Origin: a virus
Taxonomy: Duplodnaviria > Caudoviricetes
DNA: 51,747 bases
Reading direction: 5' to 3' (one strand)
Virus record (IMG/VR): IMGVR_UViG_3300046779_000926
Span: 1-51,747 of that record
Positions 37,174 to 45,468 of this stretch are shown here, in pieces (the first letter of the stretch is position 1; each line of letters opens with the position of its first letter). The notes beneath the pieces were generated by a model, which worked only from the letters and a program-made list of their open reading frames with translations, did no database searches and was not told the DNA's origin. Made by a program: the position numbers and the translations under genes.

Positions 37174-39681
37174 ATGAACGAAATAAAGAAATTTTTAGGT
37201 GTTTGGAATAACCATCTTGAACGCAAAGATTTAATTTGCGAAATGGATGAAAGGCATATCGATGCTATTGATGAAGAAATAAGAAAAGCAGAAAGTGGCA
37301 GAGCAACAGATATGCCATTCAATGATATTTTTGGTATGCCAGAGCCAAGCAATCCAAAAACCAGAATCATAATGCCTTATGGAAATGAGGATATCGAAAA
37401 ATTCAAATATGCTCTTGATAAAATTGAAAATAAAATAAGAGCAGAATTGGCAGAAGAAACTGTAAAATTTGCAAATACTGGTGAAGGAAATATTCAATCA
37501 TATAAAATTCCTATTTGGATAGTAGATACTCAAACCGTTCAACAAAAGCAAAAACCACAAGGCTGGCAAGAAGGTGACCCTATTGAGACTTATGACAAGA
37601 CAACAGGCAATATCCTTATTCGTTATCATTTTACACCATCAAAAGGTAAAGGCCAAGAACGTAAGGTAGAAATAGGTTTTGCAAAAGCATTACAGAAATA
37701 TCTACCAGACTATTTTGAATGGTGGCAAGGTGGAAAAGGTAAAGAAGGAAAACACGCTTTCTTTACAAACAATGTAGTGTTGGCTAAACAACTTGTTGAT
37801 TTAGTGAATAATGGATATTATGATTCTTCAAGTCCTCCATCTAAAGCAGGTATGACGCTATTTTCTCGTCACCCAATTGATGTATTAAGAATGTCAGACT
37901 TTAAGAAGATAAAATCTTGTCACTCGCCACCAGAGAAAGGTGGTTCATATTGGAATCGCTGCCGCATGGAAGTAAAGGACAATGCTGGTGGTGGCGTATT
38001 GTTTACTGTAAAACCCGAAGAAATTCAAAAACTATTCCCAGACGGTGTAATTCCTCAAAAGGGAGATATCTTTAATGATGATGATAGAGGTATATATGGT
38101 CTATTGTCAGACCCAGATTCTCGCTTGAGAGTTAGAAGAGTATATAACGATGATGGTGAAGAATATGCAGTACCAGACCAAAAGATTTATGGTGACCACG
38201 ATACAACATTCAGAGGGCAAAGTTTTGAATTTTTTGCAGAGAAGCAAAAAGATAAATTTGTAAACAAAGAGGGTAAGTGGATGATACCAAACCCATATCA
38301 TCTTACAAGATATGGTGGTTCATATGAGGATTCTTTTAGCGTTGGTCAAAACTTTCTAGAATTAATGAACTATGTTTCAACACAAGCAAATGTAGAATTA
38401 AATAATCAAACACCAGATTATGCTGGTTTGAAGCAAGTGCTTCAAGCCAATTCTATCCGTTGGGGTGGTGCAGCAGACGTAGAAGCCTCACTTGAAGAAC
38501 CAGAAGAAAATGAATGTACCGAACTTATGAACGCTGTTAATATGATAAACAATTTATCCTACGGCATTCTAGACCTCATGGCAAGCGCAGAGTGTCATGA
38601 AGACCCTCCATATGCATATATGAATGGCTATTTGGCTGCTTATATTCCATTTGATAATTTAGAAAATTGGTTCCGTGGTGAGTTGGTACAATCAAAAGGA
38701 AACAATTATCAAAAGCAAAGAGATTTTGAAAGAGTTTTTAAACGTGATGACCCTCTTGGCGATATTGCAGGAATTGGTATTGAATACATGGATTTACCTT
38801 TTGAAGATGTTGAAATTTCTGTAGAACCGCATCCAACGACAGGCGATTTATCTGCTAAAGTTCAACTACAGTTTCAAGGAATTTCAACTGAACCAAGAGA
38901 AATTATCTCCCGTGGAAGAGATGCAAGAGTCTTTTCGCAGAAAATAACTCAAGAACAACTCCAAGCAGCCGTTCATCAAGCATTTGAAACATTAGGTTGG
39001 GCAAAAGAATCTCCTTATGCTGCTAAAAAAGATATGATTGAATCTTTTTCTGACTCACTTGATGATTTAGAAAACTTTGATTATGAGATAGGTGATAACA
39101 AAGCAAAATTTGAATATAAAAACATAATCCTTAGTGAATTCCTTAAGAATCTACCACAAGAATTTGTTAAGGAAATCGATTCTCCTGCAAGTCGTGAAGC
39201 AATCGTAAGCGAGTTTGCTTATAATTTTAGACAAGCATTTAATAGAAGAGCAGCACAATATAAAAATGAAATAGCAAGACAAATGCCGTTGTTTGCTGGT
39301 GTTCAAGATACCAGCGATGTAACATTTGTGAACATGCCTGTATTTATTGAGCCTTCTATTTCGTGGGTATTTAATTGGAAGGGCGGATTCCCTGCAACTC
39401 CAGAAAAGAAAACAATCGAAATTCAATTTAAATTAGAGATATTACTTGATAAATCACTAACAGACGACCAGATAGAATACGCTTTGAGATTTATCCAACA
39501 TATTGTTGATGATGAAGATGTTATACTTGACATTGCCTATGGACAATTAAATCAAGTGCTAAATACTCCATCTACTGTTCGTAGTCCGTTGACAGAAAAA
39601 AAGAAGATTACCATTCAAGAAGCAAAAGAAATGCGTAAGAAACTGAAAGAGTGGATGAAAGCCAAACAAGGAAAGAAATAA
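37174..39681 (+). CDS. Large hypothetical protein (~835 aa), putative late/virion protein
   Basis: Long ORF; leader with W...L.E; SRHPIDVLRMSD..SCHS motif; basic C-terminal helix after PLTE. Confidence 0.75.
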   Translation: MNEIKKFLGVWNNHLERKDLICEMDERHIDAIDEEIRKAESGRATDMPFNDIFGMPEPSNPKTRIIMPYGNEDIEKFKYALDKIENKIRAELAEETVKFANTGEGNIQSYKIPIWIVDTQTVQQKQKPQGWQEGDPIETYDKTTGNILIRYHFTPSKGKGQERKVEIGFAKALQKYLPDYFEWWQGGKGKEGKHAFFTNNVVLAKQLVDLVNNGYYDSSSPPSKAGMTLFSRHPIDVLRMSDFKKIKSCHSPPEKGGSYWNRCRMEVKDNAGGGVLFTVKPEEIQKLFPDGVIPQKGDIFNDDDRGIYGLLSDPDSRLRVRRVYNDDGEEYAVPDQKIYGDHDTTFRGQSFEFFAEKQKDKFVNKEGKWMIPNPYHLTRYGGSYEDSFSVGQNFLELMNYVSTQANVELNNQTPDYAGLKQVLQANSIRWGGAADVEASLEEPEENECTELMNAVNMINNLSYGILDLMASAECHEDPPYAYMNGYLAAYIPFDNLENWFRGELVQSKGNNYQKQRDFERVFKRDDPLGDIAGIGIEYMDLPFEDVEISVEPHPTTGDLSAKVQLQFQGISTEPREIISRGRDARVFSQKITQEQLQAAVHQAFETLGWAKESPYAAKKDMIESFSDSLDDLENFDYEIGDNKAKFEYKNIILSEFLKNLPQEFVKEIDSPASREAIVSEFAYNFRQAFNRRAAQYKNEIARQMPLFAGVQDTSDVTFVNMPVFIEPSISWVFNWKGGFPATPEKKTIEIQFKLEILLDKSLTDDQIEYALRFIQHIVDDEDVILDIAYGQLNQVLNTPSTVRSPLTEKKKITIQEAKEMRKKLKEWMKAKQGKK

Positions 39682-39682
39682 T

Positions 39683-40279
39683 ATGAACCTAAATAAATGG
39701 AAGAAATTCTTGTTTGAAGAAGAACAAGAGGTCAAGAAATTGAGAGTCTTTGACCTTGATGATACGCTTGTTAAGACTTCTGGCAAAGTAAAATTAACCT
39801 TACCAACAGGACAGTTTAGATATCTAGACCCTGCTGAATATGCTGTATATGAACCAAAAGAGGGTGAAACCTATGGTGACGATGCATATGAGCAATTCCA
39901 TTCTCTAATCGACCCACGAATGATTAAGTATACAACTTCAATTTTTAAGAGTGTATACAATGCTGGTCTTGGAGAACAAAGAAAACTAGCGATTCTAACT
40001 GCCAGAGGGCCAATGGTCAAACAAAGCCTTGAAGATTGGCTAACCAAAGCCGTCAAGATAAATCCAAGAGATATCGAAATAATTACGTTGGGTGATTCAG
40101 ACCCTTTAAAGAAAAGAGAATGGATTGAACAACAAATTATGGACGGTGGCTATAATGATATTGAATTCTTTGATGATAGTGAGAAAAACGTTAGAGCAGT
40201 AATGAGTCTTAAAAATGATTATCCACATATCAAATTAAGGTCTAGACGAGTTGTTGCTGATATCCATGAGGAAACATAA
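39683..40279 (+). CDS. HAD-superfamily phosphatase with a short leader
   Basis: FDLDDTL (DxD), ILTAR, K, FFDD motifs; leader MNLNKWKKFLFEE. Confidence 0.8.
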   Translation: MNLNKWKKFLFEEEQEVKKLRVFDLDDTLVKTSGKVKLTLPTGQFRYLDPAEYAVYEPKEGETYGDDAYEQFHSLIDPRMIKYTTSIFKSVYNAGLGEQRKLAILTARGPMVKQSLEDWLTKAVKINPRDIEIITLGDSDPLKKREWIEQQIMDGGYNDIEFFDDSEKNVRAVMSLKNDYPHIKLRSRRVVADIHEET

Positions 40280-40500
40280 TGGAATCCGAAGAAAGAGATA
40301 AATTATTAAAGAAAATTAAGAAGTTAGAAAAAGAATTAAGCGTAGCATCTGCAATGATAACCGAATTGCAGGATGAAAACTCTATGCTTTGGGATTATAT
40401 GGAAGAACTAAAACGGTCAGATATGCAAGCATTGCAAGAAATTCAATCCAAGTTTATGGAAGAATTGTTTAAATCTGTAAAGACCGTTGGTGATGCGTAG
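40279..40500 (+). CDS. Small coiled-coil protein
   Basis: Heptad pattern; GAGG RBS. Confidence 0.65.
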   Translation: MESEERDKLLKKIKKLEKELSVASAMITELQDENSMLWDYMEELKRSDMQALQEIQSKFMEELFKSVKTVGDA

Positions 40501-40822
40501 AATAATATTAGAGATTGGGGATTTAGTAGTTTTAAAAGATAAGAAATACAGAAAGAAAACAATTAGAGATAAACTATTTAAATCCGAGTTCACACAAGAT
40601 ATTGGTATAGGTATAATAACTGAAAAGTTAGAGGAACTTTTTGTTTTGCCAGATTTAACTTTAGAAGAGTTTTCTGAAGAAATGACCATTTATGATTTAG
40701 CAGAAAAGCAAACACCAAAAAAAGTTCCTATTCAAACCACAATAGTTCGTGTATTGTGGATAAAACTAGACAAGAATAGATGGGAATACGAAGAAGATTT
40801 GCAGATTTATAAAGCCCCTTAA
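40493..40822 (+). CDS. SH3/KOW-like protein
   Basis: LEIGDLVV...GIGII...VRVLW...EEDL. Confidence 0.6.
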   Translation: MRRIILEIGDLVVLKDKKYRKKTIRDKLFKSEFTQDIGIGIITEKLEELFVLPDLTLEEFSEEMTIYDLAEKQTPKKVPIQTTIVRVLWIKLDKNRWEYEEDLQIYKAP

Positions 40823-40834
40823 AGGAGACAGAGC

Positions 40835-41128
40835 ATGAATAGACGCTTTTCTATTGGTGATTTGATTGAGCATACATATCGATATGCAGCAAGAGTAGAA
40901 CGAGATACAAAATTTTATATGCCAGAAGAACCAGAAGAACGAACAGAACCAATTATTTATGTAAAAGATAAAGAAACACTCTTGATAGAAGCCGAAGAAG
41001 GTGATATGTTTGTTGTACGTCCAATAGGAAAGGAAGCAAAAGAAGTACCATATAGAATTTCTCTTGCTAATGGTTGTTTTAAGATGCCAAAAGATTATAT
41101 TGAGAAACACACAAAACTGGTGAATTAA
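40835..41128 (+). CDS. SH3/KOW-like protein
   Basis: FSIGDLI; AAGGAG RBS. Confidence 0.6.
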   Translation: MNRRFSIGDLIEHTYRYAARVERDTKFYMPEEPEERTEPIIYVKDKETLLIEAEEGDMFVVRPIGKEAKEVPYRISLANGCFKMPKDYIEKHTKLVN

Positions 41129-41370
41129 TGTTTGAGATAGGTGATATCCTTATTCTTAAGGAAATGCAAAGAAGTTCGGATAAATATACAGAAACAGCCT
41201 TGTCAGAGAAACTGATGCTTGTTACGGGAATAAGCGATTCACCATATAATCACTATGTAGTGGATTTCCCGTTCAGTAAATCAATTGTTGAAAAGATAGT
41301 CCGTTCAAAGGACTTTCTAGAGTCATATTACGAAGTTTATGAAGGTAAAACCCCCACAAATCAACCATAA
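41128..41370 (+). CDS. SH3/KOW-like protein
   Basis: MFEIGDILI. Confidence 0.6.
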   Translation: MFEIGDILILKEMQRSSDKYTETALSEKLMLVTGISDSPYNHYVVDFPFSKSIVEKIVRSKDFLESYYEVYEGKTPTNQP

Positions 41371-41379
41371 ACTTTTTCC

Positions 41380-41408
41380 TTGACACCTTAAACCATCTGC
41401 GATATAGT
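41380..41408 (+). promoter_or_regulatory. sigma70-like promoter, probably leaderless transcript
   Basis: TTGACA-17nt-TATAGT; ATG 6 nt after the -10 box, no SD. Confidence 0.65.
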
Positions 41409-41414
41409 ATAAGC

Positions 41415-42041
41415 ATGAAGATTGAAGAACGCCTCGCCGCTCTCTCCTCTTTGCCTCTCAAGGGTTGGGAGATTAATTTTTACAAGTCTTTCAAGGATGC
41501 CACCTCTCTCACAGAGAAGCAGTTGGCTACGCTTGAAAAGATTGAAAAGCGTTTTGCTGCTGGTAAGCAGAAGGAACGTGCAGATTGGATTGCTTCGTGG
41601 GATAACGAGAAGCGTAACCGTTTCGTGTTTGCTTGTAAGTATCTTCGCTCGCATAGCGTTCCAAGAAAGTATCGTGTCAAGTATATGGCTATTACAAGTT
41701 ATCTCCATGACCCTGTAGCCTATATTCCCGATGAAAAGTCATATCGTACTATTGTGGAGAATTCATATGTTGTCAAGGCTTATAATGCGTATTGCGCTGC
41801 TGCCAAGTATTCTGTTGGCGATATGGTTTATGTGAATAAGTCACAGTATGCTACAAAGAAGGGCAAGCCTTCCGATAAGGAATTTCATTGGACAGGCATC
41901 ATCACAGAGGTTAGAGAGAGTGATGCCGTTTCTCTTCATACCCGTGATTATGTTGTAGAGCCTATCACGCCTGTTTTGTACGAGACTGCTCCTCACATTG
42001 TTAAGGAGTATTGTATGCGCCGCTTTGTTGCAGGAGGCTAA
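41415..42041 (+). CDS. Hypothetical early protein with a C-terminal SH3/KOW-like domain
   Basis: WE..F..S.....LTEKQ...L.KI N-terminal motif; KYSVGDMVYV. Confidence 0.7.
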   Translation: MKIEERLAALSSLPLKGWEINFYKSFKDATSLTEKQLATLEKIEKRFAAGKQKERADWIASWDNEKRNRFVFACKYLRSHSVPRKYRVKYMAITSYLHDPVAYIPDEKSYRTIVENSYVVKAYNAYCAAAKYSVGDMVYVNKSQYATKKGKPSDKEFHWTGIITEVRESDAVSLHTRDYVVEPITPVLYETAPHIVKEYCMRRFVAGG

Positions 42042-42280
42042 ATTTAAATAAGACTCGCTATGGATTTATTTCCTTGTTGTTATAATTATATCGTATCACG
42101 GGGCTGATACACTAATATTTATGGTTATCCCACGGGTCTGTTCTTTTCCCGTGGCTCTCTCAATATAGATTCAGTTTTGACTATATTGATGATAGATTAA
42201 GAACTAGCGATTAGACGGCGAAAACAGTCAAAAGCCCCACCAATTTAAATCTGTAGCGAGTTTTATTTAAGTTTAGTCTC
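42034..42280 (+). ncRNA. Candidate structured ncRNA: tRNA-like ends (42100-42242) enclosed in a 35-bp stem
   Basis: 42034-68 pairs with 42246-80 using only Watson-Crick and G.U pairs; GGGGCT...AGCCCC-ACCA; two internal hairpins; TGTTATAAT at 42078-86. Confidence 0.6.
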
Positions 42281-42416
42281 ATGCACAAAATCTTTGATGT
42301 AAAGCCCTGTCCCAACAAAAGTTATTACCATGTGCAAGCCATATGGGTTGCTCACGGTACTAGTCCAACTTGGGCTACATTGCATAAATGCGTTATACCA
42401 CAAGAATGGATGGATT

Positions 42417-42638
42417 ATGCAGACGGAAAGCGAGACAGACCTATTTGAAATAGGTGATATGCTTCGTTACGATAAGTCACATATTAAAGGATATATGGCA
42501 GAATATTTTATTGTAACGGACATTACATATATCATGGGTATGCCTGTACGATACGACCTAATTCAGTTAGATGATAACTACAAGTGCAAACTTGACATTG
42601 GCTCACCATCACACAAGAGGTTCATAAAAATATCATGA
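42417..42638 (+). CDS. SH3/KOW-like protein
   Basis: LFEIGDMLRY; ATG 42417 preferred over the track start. Confidence 0.55.
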   Translation: MQTESETDLFEIGDMLRYDKSHIKGYMAEYFIVTDITYIMGMPVRYDLIQLDDNYKCKLDIGSPSHKRFIKIS

Positions 42639-42741
42639 TTTCAAAGATTGGTACATTTCTTATTGACCTAACCGTAAAGGTTGTTCTGCTTACATTCTTT
42701 TGGACGTTGTTCCAAACTATTCGTTCCGTAGCGGGTTATTG

Positions 42742-42924
42742 ATGTTTGATGTTGGAGATTTGGTTAAACATTTTAACGAATCAGAGGAACTATATGGGAT
42801 TGTTACTAGGTTTGGTTCAATACAGGGTGGACATTCTACTTACTATGTTCATTGGTTTACTAACGATGAATTATCTAATAAATCTGATTGGATTGAATGG
42901 GAATACGAACTAAAGAGGGTGTAA
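42742..42924 (+). CDS. SH3/KOW-like protein
   Basis: MFDVGDLVKH..YGIV..YYVHWF..ELKRV. Confidence 0.6.
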   Translation: MFDVGDLVKHFNESEELYGIVTRFGSIQGGHSTYYVHWFTNDELSNKSDWIEWEYELKRV

Positions 42925-42925
42925 T

Positions 42926-43453
42926 ATGGTTGAAGTTATATGCGGCGGTATGTTCGCTGGAAAATCTGAAATGCTTATCCACAGGCTTAAGCGCGCCGCA
43001 TATGCGAAGAAGAAGATTGTAGCATTTAAGCCAGCAATCGACAATCGCTATTCTGTTAGCGATATTGCCTCTCATTCGGGACATACGATTAATTGTATTG
43101 CCGTTGCAAATGCTGGAGATATCCTAAAATATCTAAAGGATGAACAAGTCGTCGGTATAGACGAAGCGCAGTTCTTTGACAGTTATATAATCGATGTGGT
43201 TGATATCCTTCAAAGAAAGGGTATAGACGTTTATATCGCTGGTTTAGACCTTGATTCAATGGGTAAGCCATTTGGTAGTATGCCTTACTTGCTTTCAGTA
43301 GCAGAAAAGGTTACAAAGATATCAGCGGTGTGCATGAGTTGTGGAGCAGATGCTACACGCTCGCAACGTCTGATTAAGACAACCGAACAAGTTTTAGTGG
43401 GTGCAGCAGATAGTTATGAGGCTCGTTGCTTCAATTGCTGGTATCCACAATAA
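42926..43453 (+). CDS. tdk: Thymidine kinase
   Basis: GGMFAGKS, FKPAID.RY, IDEAQFF, AGLDLD...PF, C..CG, Y.ARC..C. Confidence 0.95.
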   Translation: MVEVICGGMFAGKSEMLIHRLKRAAYAKKKIVAFKPAIDNRYSVSDIASHSGHTINCIAVANAGDILKYLKDEQVVGIDEAQFFDSYIIDVVDILQRKGIDVYIAGLDLDSMGKPFGSMPYLLSVAEKVTKISAVCMSCGADATRSQRLIKTTEQVLVGAADSYEARCFNCWYPQ

Positions 43454-43457
43454 TTTA

Positions 43458-43828
43458 GGGGGCGTAAAGGTTTCGACAGAGTTAAAGATATTGATAGTGC
43501 AGGTAGTCAATGATTTCTGACTATAAAGTAATCAAAATGTTAAGTGCCAATAATACAGCACACTTCGATTCTTCCGCTCTTCTAGCAGCATAGTATCGAT
43601 GGGGTTTTCCAAGACCTTATAACCAAACTTGGAATAACAGGTCAAACCTGCGAAAACAAAAGGGAAATGGTTATCCATCTTTTAGATGGTGGAACGCAAC
43701 AGGACTGTAAGCGTTGGTGGAACCACAGTCTATCTTTGTTTGTTTCTGATAGTAAATAAACTAAACCTGTGAATGACTTGACATTGAATTGGCTTTGGAC
43801 GCGGGTTCGACTCCCGCCGCCTCCACCA
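43458..43828 (+). ncRNA. ssrA: tmRNA (SsrA); tag reading frame 43546-43593 encodes ANNTAHFDSSALLAA*
   Basis: 5' GGGGGCGTAAAGGTTTCGAC; 3' GGACGCGGGTTCGACTCCCGCCGCCTCCACCA; G3.U70 pair; tag ends in LAA. Confidence 0.93.
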
Positions 43829-43841
43829 CTTATGGTGACTA

Positions 43842-44012
43842 ATGATTTTAATCGGTGATTTAGTATATTACGGAAGCCTAAAAGAAATGGGTGTTGTCAT
43901 AGATATAGTACCACGCGCTGAAATCTACAAATACAAAGTCCATTTCTTGGAAAGCAATTTTGTTTGGACGTATGATAAAGATGAACTAACAAAGATTGAA
44001 CATGCAATTTGA
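43842..44012 (+). CDS. SH3/KOW-like protein (56 aa, missing from the ORF track)
   Basis: MILIGDLVYY..MGVVIDI..YKVHF..DELTKI. Confidence 0.6.
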   Translation: MILIGDLVYYGSLKEMGVVIDIVPRAEIYKYKVHFLESNFVWTYDKDELTKIEHAI

Positions 44013-44199
44013 AATTGGAGATATTGTCCATGCTCGCGATACAAAAGATTGGTATGGACTTATTACCAATGTCGTGGGTAAAGATTCTTATGTTCAATGG
44101 TTTGAAAAAGAATATGAACGTAATGGATGGTTTATATACTATTTGTTAGAGAAGGTGAACTTCAAAGAATCCCTTGACAACCTAAACGAGAGAGGTTAA
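44002..44199 (+). CDS. SH3/KOW-like protein
   Basis: MQFEIGDIVH..YGLIT..YVQWF..LEKV. Confidence 0.6.
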   Translation: MQFEIGDIVHARDTKDWYGLITNVVGKDSYVQWFEKEYERNGWFIYYLLEKVNFKESLDNLNERG

Positions 44200-44202
44200 G
44201 AT
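44174..44202 (+). promoter_or_regulatory. sigma70-like promoter, probably leaderless transcript
   Basis: TTGACA-17nt-TAAGAT; ATG 44209 is 6 nt downstream. Confidence 0.65.
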
Positions 44203-44208
44203 AAGAAC

Positions 44209-44415
44209 ATGCGATACCTTCAATACTCCGAACCCGATATCGATGGAAAACAAAAGATTGTTCGTGTTTCTGTTCAAGAAGCGATAAGGAGTGCAAAGGC
44301 TACTGCTATTTATGTCGGCTACTTTTACGAGAATGACGAAGAAGCACTACAAGATTTTATCGCTGTAAATTGGGCTTCTTACACGGATGCCTACCTTGAT
44401 GAAGAAAGTTCTTGA
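44209..44415 (+). CDS. Hypothetical protein
   Basis: ORF directly behind the promoter. Confidence 0.65.
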   Translation: MRYLQYSEPDIDGKQKIVRVSVQEAIRSAKATAIYVGYFYENDEEALQDFIAVNWASYTDAYLDEESS

Positions 44416-44440
44416 CAAGAGGAACGAGAGCGGATAAGAT
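44412..44440 (+). promoter_or_regulatory. sigma70-like promoter for tRNA-Ser
   Basis: TTGACA-17nt-TAAGAT. Confidence 0.7.
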
Positions 44441-44450
44441 ATAAAATGAT

Positions 44451-44540
44451 GGAAGCATGACCGAGAGGCTTAAGGTAGCACTTTGCTAAAGTGCCGTGCC
44501 ATAAAAAGCACCGCAGGTTCAAATCCTGCTGCTTCCGCCA
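44451..44540 (+). tRNA. tRNA-Ser(GCT)
   Basis: GGAAGCA/TGCTTCC-G-CCA; GCACT-TTGCTAA-AGTGC; long variable arm. Confidence 0.93.
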
Positions 44541-44575
44541 CTTAAAAAGAGAACAAAAAAAGTTTTCTAAACCCC

Positions 44576-44714
44576 TTGACGGGGGAGATAAGGCGAGATA
44601 AGATATAAGGGTGAGGGCAAGAAACCTCACGGCTCTTTGAAAACCCAATAAGAAATGTGAACGAAAAGAAAGTTTAAGAAACCTCTTGACGGGAGACTTG
44701 AGAGAGGTTAAGAT
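44576..44714 (+). promoter_or_regulatory. Tandem sigma70-like promoters with a boxB/boxA-like leader for the tRNA operon
   Basis: TTGACG-17nt-TAAGAT at 44576-604 and 44686-714; hairpin GTGAGG/CCTCAC then GCTCTTTGAAAA at 44632-43. Confidence 0.65.
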
Positions 44715-44760
44715 AATAGGGTAAGAAGAAAGCAGCGAGGTTCAAGCCCTCGCGATGAAT

Positions 44761-44837
44761 GTGGGGTTAGCGCAATCGGATAGAGCAACAGGTTTCTACC
44801 CTGTAGGTTGGGGGTTCGAGTCCCTCACTCCACGCCA
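44761..44837 (+). tRNA. tRNA-Arg(TCT)
   Basis: GTGGGGT/ACTCCAC-G-CCA; ACAGG-TTTCTAC-CCTGT. Confidence 0.92.
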
Positions 44838-44899
44838 CTTTGGCAGACCAATTGAGAACGCTATTAAATCTGTGCAATATTGACTGATGCAACCATTTT

Positions 44900-44975
44900 A
44901 GGCGGGTAGCGCAGCGGTCAGCGCAGTTGGCTTATATCCAATTGGTCGTGGGTTCAAATCCCACCCCGCCTACCA
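44900..44975 (+). tRNA. tRNA-Ile(TAT)
   Basis: AGGCGGG/CCCGCCT-A-CCA; GTTGG-CTTATAT-CCAAT. Confidence 0.9.
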
Positions 44976-45006
44976 TTTCAATGATTGTGAGATAATCAAT
45001 CTGACT

Positions 45007-45285
45007 CGCTGGAAAGACAGCGGTTTTTCAACTTTTCAAGAGGAAATAATGAAGTTCTCCGATTTTCTTGGCAACAACAAGATTTCTGCTGGAATGAAAA
45101 TCACACTTAAAAATGATAGCGAAAGTATTCATACTTTTTGGGTTGGAGACTGCACTCCTTATCACGAACCATCTGATAATGATGGTGGCTTTGGTTGGGA
45201 TAATTATCTTGAAGAGTATGGTGATTGGAATGTAGTTACTGCAATCCAATTCTAATAAAAAGACACGCTGGAAAGACAGCGGTTT
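45007..45285 (+). repeat. 20-bp direct repeat CGCTGGAAAGACAGCGGTTT (45007-26 and 45266-85), each copy a small hairpin
   Basis: Identical copies flank ORF 45049-45255; stem CGCTG/CAGCG, loop GAAAGA. Confidence 0.85.
45049..45255 (+). CDS. Small hypothetical protein within the tRNA cluster
   Basis: AGAGGA RBS; 68 aa. Confidence 0.65.
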   Translation: MKFSDFLGNNKISAGMKITLKNDSESIHTFWVGDCTPYHEPSDNDGGFGWDNYLEEYGDWNVVTAIQF

Positions 45286-45287
45286 AT

Positions 45288-45372
45288 GGCTTCTTGGTGG
45301 AACGGTATACACAACTGACTTAAAATCAGTCGCCCTTCGGGCTTGCGAGTTCAAATCTCGCAGAAGCCACCA
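45288..45372 (+). tRNA. tRNA-Leu(TAA)
   Basis: GGCTTCT/AGAAGCC-A-CCA; ACTGA-CTTAAAA-TCAGT; long variable arm. Confidence 0.93.
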
Positions 45373-45377
45373 CTTTT

Positions 45378-45462
45378 GGGAAGATGGTGTAATGGCAGCC
45401 ACGGCAGACTCAAAATCTGCTGCTTAACAAGCGTGCGGGTTCAAGTCCCGCTCTTCCCACCA
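45378..45462 (+). tRNA. tRNA-Leu(CAA)
   Basis: GGGAAGA/TCTTCCC-A-CCA; GCAGA-CTCAAAA-TCTGC. Confidence 0.93.
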
Positions 45463-45468
45463 CATCAT

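Noticed and set aside
42034-42280. Retron msr-msd, hammerhead ribozyme or second tmRNA
   Set aside because: No reverse transcriptase in the window; the core reads TTGATGA rather than CTGANGA with no matching stems; no G3.U70 pair, canonical T-arm or tag ORF. Kept as an unknown ncRNA instead
44735-44899. Extra tRNAs: T-arm-like hairpin GCGAGG-TTCAAGC-CCTCGC before tRNA-Arg, and a spacer ending TGCAACCA before tRNA-Ile
   Set aside because: I could not build a cloverleaf for either; at most they are remnants or processing signals
45007-45285. CRISPR mini-array
   Set aside because: Only two 20-bp copies separated by about 240 bp containing an ORF; no cas genes
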